A program made the position numbers and the translations under genes. Below are positions 12,049-25,053 of a DNA stretch of 64,000 bases, piece after piece (the stretch's first letter is position 1; every line of letters begins with the position of its first letter). The stretch covers positions 12,197,832 to 12,261,831 of the forward strand of contig CAJINV010000001.1 of assembly GCA_905178155.1 (NCBI GenBank), written 5' to 3'. Under the pieces are notes generated by a model. The model did no database searches. It was not told the DNA's origin and saw nothing but the letters and a program-made list of their open reading frames with translations. Source of the DNA: Amoebophrya sp. A120 (lineage: Eukaryota > Protista > Dinoflagellata).

Positions 12049-14486
12049 AGAGAAAAAATATCTCTCAGCCTGAAATTTGAATTTCAAATTTGGTATTTCC
12101 CCATCATGATCATGTCTTCTAGTACTACTACTCCCGTGCGCGATGCTTGTTCTGGGAATCGCGACTTGTAACCAAAAGTAAGAACAAATGCGTCAAAAAC
12201 AACTCACGTCAACGTCTAATATTTTCATACGAACTTGAACAAGCAAAGCGGTGTCGTATGTGGTTGTCCCATGCACTGCTTTGCGAGTCATATACTGACA
12301 CCAATTCTAGATATTTTTGACAAAGATGAAGGATGAGTCTGAGCTCACCCCTCAGACTTTGCCGATGAAAAGTAATAAATGGTCACTAAGTATTAACTCG
12401 TCCAGGAACTTCCTGTTCTGGCCGAGAGCGAGATAAACCTCCACCCAGTACCAAAAATTTTCTCCCCCACGAAGAACAAAACAGCACGTTGCTCTCAGCC
12501 GGTGGACAGGACCGCTTGCAGTACTTTCTAGCCCGACCAGCTGCGAATGACTTCGCCGAACTACAACCCTCATGGCCTATCATAGACTACTTCTCATGAT
12601 CTTCCTTGGAATGTCAATGTAGTAGAAAAACTGGTGAGTCCCTTCCGCGGAGGAACAACGTCCATCTGGGGCGGGACAGATATTTTTTGTCGAACAAGAA
12701 GCCTCATGCCTTCTGCAAAAGAATATTTTCATTTTGTGCTTGCAGAAGTTGAAGGGGCTGGGGCTACCACCTATAACGTGTTAAGATAGAAGTTTGACGG
12801 CTGGAATATCGTACGTTTTCCGCACAGCACCTGATTCATACTGCTGATTTTTGCACATATTGGCAGAGGGGGTCTTCTTCAGTTGTTGCCTGACCAGCAG
12901 GAGTGAAAAGGTGGAGGCGGAGTACCAGAAGCTACTGCTATTGAATAACCTGCTCGACAAATAATTCAAATTCCGATTCGTGGCAAGTAAACCTAGCGAA
13001 ATTTTGGTGCAAGCGGCAAAAAGTAAAGCCGACGTTTTGTTTCTTCATGACAGCGTGTGTACAACTTAGGTGGTGGAGCGGGCGACGTCATCGATGTCAC
13101 TACCGCCTCATTGCAACATCCGAAGAACAAGACCAAATGAGGAGGTTTGCTGCGCTAGAGTTTACTTCTTCTGAAGCTTGCGTAAGATGATTGTTAGTCC
13201 TGAATATGGCGATAGCGGCTCTACTCTAGTACTGGTGCTACACTAACGAGTGCCGTGTATCGTTCACAATGTAAAACCCTTTGCCTTTCGTTGCGGGATA
13301 ACTCACTGTGTGCAACTACAGGTAGTACGATTGCGGCTGTTCAATCGGCAGCTGCACAAAATAAAATGAAAAACTGACATCGCGAGCAAGAGTTTAGATT
13401 TTGGCCCCCGCCTCACATTAGAGCCTCGAACAATTTCACAACATACCCATACCGATAAGAAACCCAGATGATTTGTGGTTGCCCTTGACTGCGCGTATTG
13501 AAGGATAGCACAGCCCTAAAATGAAAAATGATGAGAAGAAGTTTCAGACTACCAAATCAACACCCGGCCAAAATGAGGAAGTTCAATGTTTTAGAAGGAG
13601 CAACCGAGTACATTTTACTAGAGAAATGCAGGTACTTAAAACTCTTTTTTCTATGGAGCTGCCGTGAGAAGCTCTTTGTTTTTCAAAGTGTTCGTAGAAG
13701 GATATTAAGGTACAGGGCACGTTGTAACTGTGGAGGCTATCAGTATCACAATAAGAATACTTCAGAAGCAGCAAGTTGTTGGATTCCAAGTCAGTTCGGG
13801 CACAATCGGTTTATTTTTTCTGGTGCGACAAATACAAAAGCAAAAGCAAAACTTGACTGTGCTTTTTCTTATGCTTAACCTCAAGCCTACCCTGCTGCTG
13901 AAGATCTGGTAAGAAACGTGGACAAAAAGGAAAATGGGGTCTGCAGCTAGTCGCTATGCTCGGTCATTCTTCTAAACATTTTTCAGGACTGATGTGATCT
14001 TTTCCCCGGCCCCGATTTTACCCAATAACGCAAGAAAAGTCCTCTTGTGGTGAAGTGGTCGGTCATCTTAGTCACACAAGAAATTCACGGAAAGTAAGAA
14101 ATCAAAATTAATATCGTACAACTACAAAGCCCTCTTCTTCGTGCCAATGTTTTTCACCCCCTCAAGTTTCAAGATAAAGGTTTTCACATCGGTTTAGTTC
14201 GAAAAATATCAAGCACAGCATCAAGCAAGGAAAAACGCATCAACTTTGGAAGCGAAAAGTCTCTAATTCTTGCGTACTCCATGATCTAGGTATCTCTCTG
14301 CTATCTTAATCTAGTGTTTCTTGTTCTTGCTACTTTTTTAGTGGAATAGACCTTACTACGTACCCCTGATCCTGAAGCTACTAGACCCACGGACCACCCA
14401 TTGCCGTCACCATCATGCTAAATATCTTGCTACCCTGCCCTGGCACGACAGTCCACGTTGAACAAGAAAGGTAGGAATCAGGAAAG

Positions 14487-17400
14487 ATGGGCGTGGTCGC
14501 AGAGCAGCTGGCTACCCTGCTGTACAAGGATCTGATCCTCCGGCGGCGGGCGCCTTTCGAGACATTTTGTCTGTGTCTTTGCCCGTGTTTGACGATTATT
14601 CTCGCCTGCAGTTCCTTCATCTTCATCGAAGACTTGCCCCATGTTGTGCCGTTCACAACAGAGGAGAACGCGTATCGTTACTTTTTGCTTACAGGGCACT
14701 GCTCATGTTGTTCAAGAAGAGGCAACTTTACATACAACGACATCATCAAAGTTTGATAATCGAGAAACTTTAACTTACATTTTTTTACAGTGCCCAAGCT
14801 CCGGTCGGCCCTTCCTCGACGTTCCTCTTCGACCCCTTCCCCCTCGATTGCGTTGCGGTCGACGCTATCAAATGCAAATATGTCTGGGTCTGGAACGATG
14901 CAAGGTTTGTCATGCACATTTTGCATGACTCCTGATGTCTGTGATGCATGCCGTAGCATCACAGATTTTGTGAGGCCTTCCTGATGCCTATATCGCATGA
15001 GAAATGCCCTCTCGCCCTGGCAAAAACTGGCCTTCTTTTGCTGTTCATGCAATACAAGTTTTTGTAGAATTCAGACGCAGCATCACAAGTTGCATCCTTC
15101 CAGTTCCAGACATATTTGCAATGCATAGACGCCGTCTCGCTGCTCGCACGCGGAGACATTGACACGGAGGGCAACGGCGGCGGCCCGATTCAGGAGGTCT
15201 CGATTGGGTTGAAGTACACGACCAATTTTGACTGCTTTCTCGGGGCGATCGCGAGCTACATTCCGCTCTGGAACATCATGGTCCGCCAGTTGCGCGAACG
15301 CCCCTCCTGGGTGCCGACGCCGCGGACGTTCGCTGTTATAGATGAGACGCCGGTGCCGCATGGCGGCACTGTGACACGGGGCACCAGCTTCGCGAACTAC
15401 ATGGAGAAACGGTACAACCAGAACATAGCCTTGGTCATGGTTTTCTACAACCTCACCGATTCCTGTTTCCGGAACGAGCAATTGCACTACGTGGACAAAA
15501 ATTTGAGCCCCTACGACGTCGTCCCTGTGTTTGGCTCGTCTGCTTCGGGGTCCAGCTCCACGTCGCCATTCGCCTCGCTGTTCGCCGCGAATGCGACGAG
15601 GAGGCAGTTGACTGTGAGCGAGAGTGGTGACCAGTTTGGGACGAGGGGGGAAGAACAAATGGGAACAGAATCTTCCTTGAACTACTTTGAGCGGCGCGAC
15701 GACATCCGAGAGCTCGCTGTGCCCCCGGGATCCACAGTGGACGTTTCGTCATTCTCCGGCCATGTCACGGACTTTCCGGTGAGCAATATCTACCAAGACT
15801 GTATCACCAACCGCCCGATGGAGTGCTTCAACGCCTGTTTTTTCCAGGACAACAGTTTCCGCACCAACGCGATTGCTGAGATCCAGCAGGCCATGTCCGG
15901 AAGCTCGGTGGTCGCGTCGACGTCCTCTTCGAGGCGGAATCTGGTGGCCGGTGAAGAAGATGTTAGCGAGGATGTGGTGGATTTCATGAAAAACATCGAA
16001 AGTGAATACCGGAAAAATCAACAGACCATGGCATTGGAAAAGAAGCAGAAAGAGGAGGAAAAAAGGCACGAGCTTCTTCAACAAATAGACGGCAATCAGT
16101 GCGCAGACCATGATCAACTATGGTTTCCGCGCAAGAACCCCTTTGACCTGGAAGCGCTGGCAGAGTTTCTCGAACAAACAGCGAAAGCTGTGGTCGACGA
16201 GGCACCAGAAGACGCGGGCTTCTTCTTCCAAGGACGGCTCAAACAAGGTACTGAAACAAGCAGAGTTGTCTCCAACAAGCGCACGCTGCAGAGTAGTTCC
16301 ACTACTTCGTCCGGCAACAGCGGCAACACCGAGCAAGTGGATTGCCGGTCGCTGACCTCCCCGTGCGAATGTGCGCGCCACCGCACCAGTCACGGCTGCC
16401 AGTGGCGGCAGGAGTCCCGACTCCTGCACGGCATGGGGCGGTGCCGCGCGGGCAACAGCCGGCGCAGCGACACGTCGTGCGCGGAGTGCTCCAACCAGGA
16501 GGGGTGTTTAGCCGTTGACTTGTGGGAGCGGCTTGGCGCCAGCCTGCCGCGCTTGTCTCCCGCCGTGCGGCAGTTTGGCGCGGAGTCGGACTTGGAGGAT
16601 TTTATCGCGAAAGTCAATTATCCGGGGGAGCGGACGGAGCAGTGGACCAACGGGGTGAACGGGCTCCTTGAGGATGTCATCGTTTCGGACAGTATCTGTG
16701 CCGCGGTCGTTTTTGCGGACAACGGCAACCGGGCGGTCATCCGGCCCAACGCGACAAGCTCCGCAGGGGTGCAATACGGGCTAGATACGTATCGCTCCGT
16801 GTCGCTCCGCTCCCGCCCAGGCAGCATGCAGGCCTATCAGCTCTCCGGTTTTATCGGCTCACAAGCGGTGCTGAACGACTTCTTGCAGTGCCGTAACGCA
16901 GTCGACATCAGCGACTGCTTGCCCGCCTCGAGGCAAATCGCGCAGCAAGTGCAGCAGCAACAGATGAGTGTAGGTACAACAGTGACGGCGCAACCAGAGC
17001 CGACGAAGAACTACGCCAGTCAAAACGTCTCTCTGATCTCCATGGGAAGCCCCGCGCACCAGCGCAACCCGGTGTTGCAGTACAGTGGTTGGCGTTTGTG
17101 GTCGCAGATGTGGATCTCGTTCTGCTTCCCGGTTTTAACCGTTGCGGGGAAGATTCTGCGCGAAAAGGAGTCGAAGATCCGGGACGGTATGCGGATGATG
17201 GGTCTCCGCGACGCGGCCTTCTACTTGGAAGATTTCGTGTTCAACGCGATGCTGGCGTTTCCGATCGCCCTGTGTGCAGTGATCGCGTTGAGCAACATGC
17301 CGCACATTGTGATCTACAGCGACCCGTTCTTCCTGTTCCTCGTGTTCTTCTTCTGCCTGTGGCACACGCTCTCCTTCGCGGTCTTCCTCACGTCCTTCTT

Positions 17401-20400
17401 CAGCAGCTCCTTGTTCGGGAAAATCGTTTGTTTTGGCATGGTGTTCATGAGCCGGTTGTTTCTGGAGTTGACCGACGGGGGCTGGACCACGAGCCAGATC
17501 CGGGCGCTGGGGCTGTTCTTTCCCAGTTGTGCGTTCAAATACGAGATGATCACTTGGTACAATTTGGAGATCAAGACCGACGGGCTGACCGCGGCAACCA
17601 TCACCTGGCGCAACGACAATTTTTCCGCGCAAGACGGTTTGATCGTGCACATAATCGGCATCTTCATGTACACACTGTTTTTCGCCTATTTCGACCAGGT
17701 GATCCCTACCGAGTTCGGCGTTCCGCAGCCCTGGTACTTTCCTCTCTCAAAAGTCTGGTGGCAGCAAACAGTGTTTGCGACTTTCAAAGGATCAAATACG
17801 AAAGAAGAGCAGACGTCGGCTGCGGGGGAAGTAGAAGAAGAGGAACTGGCAGATGCCACGACTATGGACCGGGATCCGACGTGTTTTGAGAAAAAAACGG
17901 AACAGCAACGCGACGCGGAGCGGCGCGGGGAGTGCGTGCAAGTGAAGAAGTTGCGGAAGGAATTTTTCGTCGACGGGCAAAAGATCGTCGCGGTCGACAA
18001 TTTTTCCACCACGGTCTACAAAAACGAGATCTACGTGCTGCTCGGGCACAACGGCGCGGGGAAAACCACGACGTTCTCGATGCTCACCGGATTGATCCCC
18101 ACCACCGGCGGGACGAGCAGCTTTTTCGGCAATTCCATGCAGTACCACTTGACGAACTGCCGGTCCAAAGTCGGGATGTGCCCGCAATTTTCCGTGCTTT
18201 GGCCGCAGGTGACTATCAACTGCAAAAGTGTATGGGTCTGGAAGAGTGCCAGACTTGTCATGCAGGTTTTCCATGACCGAAGAGGTCTGGTATGTAGGAC
18301 ATAGCATGACAGATTCTGTGAGCGTTCTATCATGTTCATGCCTATCCTGGATGAGAAACTGCCTCTCGATTAGGTCAAAAGTGGGCAGCTTTTGGCAATC
18401 ATGCAACACAGATTTTTTACATGATGCAGATTTAGCATGAGATGTTGCTTTGTTCCAGACCCAGACACTTTTACATTTGATAGTGACCGCGTTGGAACAC
18501 TTGGTCTTGTTCGCCATGTGGAAGGGCGTTTCCAGGGCGGACGCGTACCGCGAGGCCGAGGAACTTCTCCGGGAGCAAAACATGGATCACAAGAAGGACG
18601 CGCTCGCCCGCACGCTGTCGGGCGGGATGCGGCGGAAGCTCTCGCTCGCGATCGCCTTCACGGGGAATCCGGAACTGGTTTTCCTGGACGAGCCTTCGTC
18701 CGGGTTGGACAGCAGTGCGCGGCGGGAGATCTGGAACCTGCTGCGGACGCGGAAGGACAACCGGGTCATCATCCTCACCACCCACTACATGGACGAAGCG
18801 GACGCTTTGGGCGACCGGATCGCGATCATGTCGCAGGGCCGGATCAAATGCTGCGGCTCGCCGAACTTTCTGAAGAACGTGTACGGCTGCGGCTACAACT
18901 TGAGCTTCACACTGACCGAATCCGCCGTGGTCCGAAACAGCGGTGCGAGCCTGTTTTTCTTCCTGCAGGAGGTGCTGAAGCCGTTCCATGTGAAACTGCT
19001 CTCGGTTGCGGGGAAGGATTTACTGTTTCTAGTGCCCTTCGAGGCGTCCGCCTGCTTCGAAAAAGCGTTCGACCGAGTTGAGAAGTACCAGCAGGCGTTG
19101 AAGATTAAGTCGTGGAATTTGTACGTATGCAACCTGGAGGAGGTGTTTTTGAAAATCGCGTCGGACGAGGAGGTATTGCGCGCAAAAACTGCTTCCACGG
19201 TCAATCCCTCCATTCTGGACATGGGAACTAACAACACCGCACGCACCGCGCCTTTCGACGACGACGACGAGCACGCAAGGCTGACGGAGAAAACCGCGAT
19301 AAGCGAAGATGTTGAGGGTACTAGGCATCAAACCGCAGTGAATGAGCACTTCGACCTGCACCTTTCCGCGGGTGCGCACGCCGCAGACCACCACTTGGCG
19401 TCTGTCGTCAAAGGGTCGTCTGAAGTCGCGTCGCGCCAGAACAGCAAGGAAACCATTGAGAAGATTGTGAACGGCACCATGCTGGGCGGAGCCGGCGGAC
19501 GCGACAGCTTCGGTACTGTCGCGTCGCAAGAGCGGTACAGCGAGATCGTAAAGGCACTGGAGGAAGGAGGTGCTTCGTCGGGCGAAGAGCAGAACTTCGC
19601 CGGAACAAGAAGTGGTGCTGGCGTAGTTGTGACGCCTGTTGGTGTTGATGATCCATCCGCTGTTCATACTTCAACTTCCGACGGTGTAGTTTCTGCTTGC
19701 CAAGCGGAAGACCTGGCCGACCACGAGCGGGTTCCGACCCCGCCGGAGAAAAAATCTCCGTTCACTTCCGATCAGGTTCTACCCGAAGTGCTTGGCGTAC
19801 CGACGTCAGGTGGAGGTGGTAAGGACAAATTTTCGGCTGCAACGGGCGGAATGAAACACGGTACACTTACACACGGTGGTGACAGCATGCTCCAGTACAC
19901 GAATGCCGGGTTCTCAAGGCAGATGCAAGCCCTCCTTTGGAAGCGGTACTTGAACTCCAAGCGGGACTTCTGGACGACCTTGGTCCAGCAAACCTGTCCG
20001 GTGTTGCTGACATCGTTGTCGATCATTTTCCTCATCCTGAACCTGAAGGATTTACCCTACCGGCAGCTGACCTACGAAAATGACTACAACACGGACATGG
20101 AAGCTCCGGCGAACCGCTACATTGTGCCGGTCTCGTTTTCCTCAGACGACGTCGAGCAAAACGACTATCAGAGCGGCATTCCTCCCAAGGTGTACACGAC
20201 GCAAAAACCCGCTTTGGCATTGTGGCCGGAGAACCAGCCGTGCAGCACGAAAGGCGGGTGCCAACAAATCAGCAGCGGGCTGAGCACCTCCGCATTGCTG
20301 TCCGCGACGGATAACAGCGTCTCCCAGTCCGAGAACACGGCGTTCGTTATCGCCGGGAGTCAGTGCCCGACCACGCAGCAGGGGGTGTACAGTGGGGTGT

Positions 20401-23400
20401 TGGATTTCGTGTTCTCCGCCTTTCAGAACCAAGTGAACCCGCTGTTGGGTGGCGGCTTCGGCGGCGCCGCCGTGACTGCGGATGCAACGGCAACAACGAT
20501 GTTGAATACGACAGCCACGGTCACCGCCGCGCCGCTGGTTTTCGCGACTACGTCGGGTTCCTTCAGTACCAGCTCACTGGCGACGTCGCGGATCCCAACG
20601 GCGGAGCAGAAGAACAGCTCGATACGGTTTGTCTACGCACTGGAAGATCAGATCCAGTACCGCAAGCCAGATGAGTCGGCGTACGGGGGAGTGCTCCTTG
20701 CCGACAACCGGAATGTCTTACTACACGTGAACCACACGGGCTACCACGCCGCGCCGATCATGCTGCAATACTTCTACAACTACGTCGCGTCCACCGTGTA
20801 TGTCAAAGACCCAGCGACTGGCGTGGAGCAAACACTGCACCACGGCATGACTGACCTCGGGGTCCACCCGCTCCCCCAGACCGCGGACGAGAAGGACTTC
20901 CGCCTGCGGTTCCAAAGCTTCGCCATCGCGTTTAACGTCATGATCTCCTTCGCGTTTGTGTCCTGCTTCTCACTCGTTTTCGTCGTGATGGAAAAGGAGT
21001 CCGAGATCAAGGCGCAGCAGTTTATCAACGGCGTGGACATCCCCACCTACTGGCTCGCGCAGTACGTCTACGACTTTTGCACGTTTTTGTTCCCCATCAT
21101 GTCGCTGCTCATCGTCCTGCCCTTTCTGGAGGTCTGGTCCCTCGTCGGGGCGGACACGCTGCCCGTGTTCCTCATGCTCATGCTGCTGTTCGCGTTGGCG
21201 ATCCCGAGCTTCTTCTACATCTGCGCGCACGGGTTATGCATTGCAAAAGTATCGTACTCGTATAAATGCATTACAAATTTCCTCAGCATGAGAAAGAAAA
21301 TGCGGATTTGCCTTCAGAAAAAAGTTTGTGATGCAAGACTTGCATTTATTATACGAGTACGATACTTTTGCACAGGATACGGGTTCCGCACGGCCAATTC
21401 GGCCATGACCACGGCCTTGGTGATGAACCTGCTCGTCGCGACGGTTCTGTTCATCGTCACCTTCGTGTTCGAATTGATGCCGTTCGTGATCACGCGGAAG
21501 GTCGGCTACTACATGTCCGCGCTGTCCCGCATCTGGCCGGTTTTCACGTTCGGCGAGGGCGTGCGCCGGATGGCCATGGTCAGTTTCATTTGGACCCAAA
21601 ACCCGCCGGACACGATGACGGACTCCTACTACAGCGACTGCGAGGAAAAATACGACAGATTCGAGATCGGCGCGCACTGGTGCTCGCAGAGCATGTGGGA
21701 CAAGTTTGCCGCCGGGCAGGCGTTGACGATTTTAGGCCTGCAAGCGGTCTTCTACATCACGATCGCCATCATCATCGATTTGCTGCAAGAGGACGTGCGG
21801 TTTCGCCAGATTTTCTTCGAGCCCAAATTTGATCCGAGCGTGAACAAAACGGCAGAAATCCGAGCGCTGCGCGACCAGGACGTGGTAGACGAGGAGAACC
21901 GCGTGCACGGCATGCTGGCGCAGGGGCAGGGGGGACACATGATGACGCCGATGACCAGTACGGGAGGTGACCCTGAACAAGATCGAGATCATCCTGGGCA
22001 TCGACAACAAGTCGATCACGACCAGACCGCGGACGATCCAACCACGCGGACCACATCGAGCCACAACCATCGACCTGGTCAAGTCGCGTCGCTGCCGCAG
22101 ATAATTGACCCGGAACAAAAAGTGTCGATCTTCTTCAAGAACGTGAGCAAGCTGTTCAAAGTGAGCACGAAATCCACCGTGATGGGTGCCCCGGTGGTGG
22201 CAAGCGAGACCGGTAGCGGACAGGGGGTCACCCTGACCGGGGCGCCGGAGTTCAAAGACACCAGTTTCACCACCTTCGTGAAGGAAAGGTGCTGCTGTTG
22301 CTGCCCGTGTTTTCGGAAGAAGACCGAGGTCCGCGACGTGCACGCAGTGCGGGACTGCAGTTTCGCACTGCACAAGGGCGACGTTTTCGGGTTGCTTGGA
22401 GCCAACGGTGCGGGGAAAACCACGACGTTCCGGATGATGTGCGGCGTTACGGTGCCCGCGAAAGACCCCGACACGGACATCCGCATTCTCGGCAAGGACA
22501 TTTTCACCCAGCGCGCAGAGTGCCGCCAGCTGATCGGGTACACGGCCCAAGCCAACCCGCTGTGGATGGGCATGACGGTCCGGGAGCACCTGGAGTTTTA
22601 CGCGATGATCAAGGGCATTCCCCCGCACGAGCTGGCTCTCGTTGTGGAGAAGCAGATGCAGGACCTGGACCTGCTTTCCTACGTCACCAAGCGGGCAACC
22701 AACCTCTCCGGCGGGAACAAACGCAAACTCGTGATCGCCATGTCGCTCATCGGGGCGCCGCCCGTCTTGTTTTTGGACGAGCCGTCCGCTGGGATGGACC
22801 CGGCGGCGCGACGGAAGATGTGGAGCATACTCCACTACATCGCGACGAAGCGAAAGCGCAGCACGGTGATTCTCACCTCGCACAGTATGGACGAGGTGGA
22901 GGCGCTGTGTTCCAAGCTGTGCATCATGACCAACGGCGTGTTCCGCTGCATGGGGTCGCTCTCCCGCATAAAGGAACTGTACGGCAAGGGGTTCGACCTG
23001 TACGCCAAATTCGAGGAGCCGGAAGACGTGCGAATTAAGGCCGTCGTGCGCGAACATTTGATGACGACTGCCATGATAAACAGCACCGTTTCTACAGCAA
23101 CTTTGGACGACCAGCAGCTCGCGACCAAGACCGTTTCGTTGGAAGAAGCGCAGCAAATCCTTCTGGCAGTAGAGGACGTCCTCAAGCTGACTACATCAAC
23201 AGAGGCTGGTGATGCAATGAAACAAGAGCACACAACTTCAACTTCTTACGTCACAAGCGTAAAACAGCAGTTGCAGCAGATGCTAGTGGAAAAGAACTCG
23301 CCGTTTCCCCACGCGTCCCGCCTGTGGAGTAAGGAGGTGAAATCGAAGGACGACCTGAAGCGCATAAAGGAGGACCGGGTGCGGCTCCTCGCGCTTGGGG

Positions 23401-23852
23401 AATGGTTTTTGTTTGCGTGTTGGCGCATCCGCTTCGCCAGTTTCGTCCAAGAGCGTTTTGCCCACGCCCAGATATTGGAACAGAGGCAAAACGTGTTGCT
23501 GTTCCGGATCGACGCCACGGATTCCAGACGCGTGTTAGACAGTACCAAGAAAGAGGACGACATCGGCGATCACGGTAGTGGCGTGCCGCCGGTGGATGAA
23601 AATGCAACTACCACTGCCATTCCCCATGTGGCGGTAGACGACCACGAAGATGCCGCGTCGCGCATAACAAATCCCGATGAAGCCAGAGGTGCTAGTACGA
23701 GCGGAACGAGTTTCCTAGGTCCGCTGTTTGGACTTTTGGAGAAGCACAAATCCGAATTCCATATCATGGAATACGCAGTGACCCCAACGACACTCGAGCA
23801 AATCTTCAACCAGTTCACGTTGGCGCAAGTCGGAGAGGATGACACACTGTAG
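14487..23852 (+). CDS. Full-size ABCA-subfamily transporter (TMD-NBD x2), interrupted by one GC-AG intron (14696-14790) and three TIR/TSD elements
   Basis: Two NBDs: GHNGAGKTT/LSGGMRRKL/LDEPSSGLD and GANGAGKTT/LSGGNKRKL/LDEPSAGMD. ABCA hallmarks EKESKIRDGMRMMGL and TTLEQIF. Frame is continuous after element removal (e.g. WPQV-TALEHL). Confidence 0.95.
14866..15127 (-). mobile_element. TIR/TSD intron-like element E1, family A (262 bp)
   Basis: TATCAAATGCAAATATGTCTGGGTCTGGAA ... TTCCAGTTCCAGACATATTTGCAATGCATA. TSD GACGC at 14861-65 and 15128-32. Removal gives CVAVD-AVSLL. Interior is the reverse complement homologue of E9. Confidence 0.9.
18214..18482 (-). mobile_element. TIR/TSD intron-like element E2, family A (269 bp), in NBD1 of ABCA
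   Basis: TATCAACTGCAAAAGTGTATGGGTCTGGAA ... TTCCAGACCCAGACACTTTTACATTTGATA. TSD GTGAC at 18209-13 and 18483-87. Removal restores LWPQVTALEHL. Confidence 0.92.
21235..21379 (+). mobile_element. TIR/TSD intron-like element E3, family B (145 bp), in-frame and stop-free
   Basis: TATGCATTGCAAAAGTATCGTACTCGTATAA ... TTATACGAGTACGATACTTTTGCACAGGATA. TSD CGGGT at 21230-34 and 21380-84. Removal gives YICAHGFRTANSA. Confidence 0.9.
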
Positions 23853-25053
23853 GCGGGCTTGACAAAGATCTACGTAGTACGCGCATCAAAGTCGAGCACG
23901 TTGTTTGCAATTATGCATGTGGTCACAGACGAAATGCTCCCGACAGCTGTACGACTCGACGCGTTAGTTCTTGCTCAAGAAACAGAAAGAAAGCAAAGGT
24001 AACTTCACGCGTCGCGGAATGTTGTAAGATTTCCCTTGGTCCTACTAGTTTGTTTCTGTTTCGCTCTTTTTGTTTTTTTGGATTTGTCGGTTACGATTTT
24101 GAAGCGATGGATCACGAATTCACGATCTGCGTCAGCACTATTTTCGATCGACATGCCGAACAGGTTGTGATCGACGAAAGAAAGTAAGAGGAAAGAACCA
24201 CTGGAAGTTCAAATTGGCAAGAACGCGCAACACAGCGCGCGCTGCAACGGCACACTAGTAAGTGCTACTGGAGATGTTCAGCTTCAGCAATGATAGCATG
24301 ACGCAAGCGCGCCTACTTGCAGTCTGATCAAAATGAAAGCTCAGTTGACCGACGAGGTTTTTGCTCGCATCCGAAAAATCAAAAAAGATCTCCGCCACAA
24401 CCCCGATCCTCGCCTGCCGCTTGTATGCAAACAGCATCGGCGAACTGCAGGCGGCACACAAGAGTTGCGGGAGGAAACTGCGTTTTTCTTTCTATCTCTT
24501 GTTTCTTCCGATGCATGCCATTGGCGGGAACAATAACAAGAGATAGAAATGAAAATTATCGTCTAGCAACAAGTTCAAGTGTAGCTGTAGGTGTGAACAA
24601 GCGATCGCTCTCTAAACTTGCTCAAGAGGTAAGATCCTTGTGATGACGATCAATGTCTCGTTATTCCATTTTTCACTAAAGTTAGTTGTAATCTGGCTGT
24701 GCAAATGGCTCCCTTCTATGTATCTATGTATTTAATGTCAGCATAGCATCGTTTGTGCCTGCCGTAATATGAAGTTTCTTTGATATCAATCAACTAACTT
24801 ACAGCGTAAAACTAATACCGAACGTAACGTCAGAGCAGCTTCGTTGCAGCTCTAACGGCAACTAGAAAAATCCAGAATTTCGAACCCTGAAAACTTTTCA
24901 ACATCCAAATCTGTACACATTGACTGTTGTATGATTTTCACGTAGTACATTCTCGTTTTTACACACGACCCGTGTAAATTTCTACTAGCTAGACTTGATT
25001 TATTTACTTTCGCTTTCTTCCGAACCTCGACAACAGAAAACCGAGATCAAAAG

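Noticed and set aside
12100-14400. Long AT-richer gap with short ORFs (e.g. 13528-13878) as a possible transposase remnant
   Set aside because: No recognisable motifs, TIRs or coding bias by eye.
21732-23156. 474-aa minus-strand ORF (also 43883-45352, 25428-26429, 55294-56067)
   Set aside because: Antisense shadows of GC3-rich plus-strand genes; no motifs.
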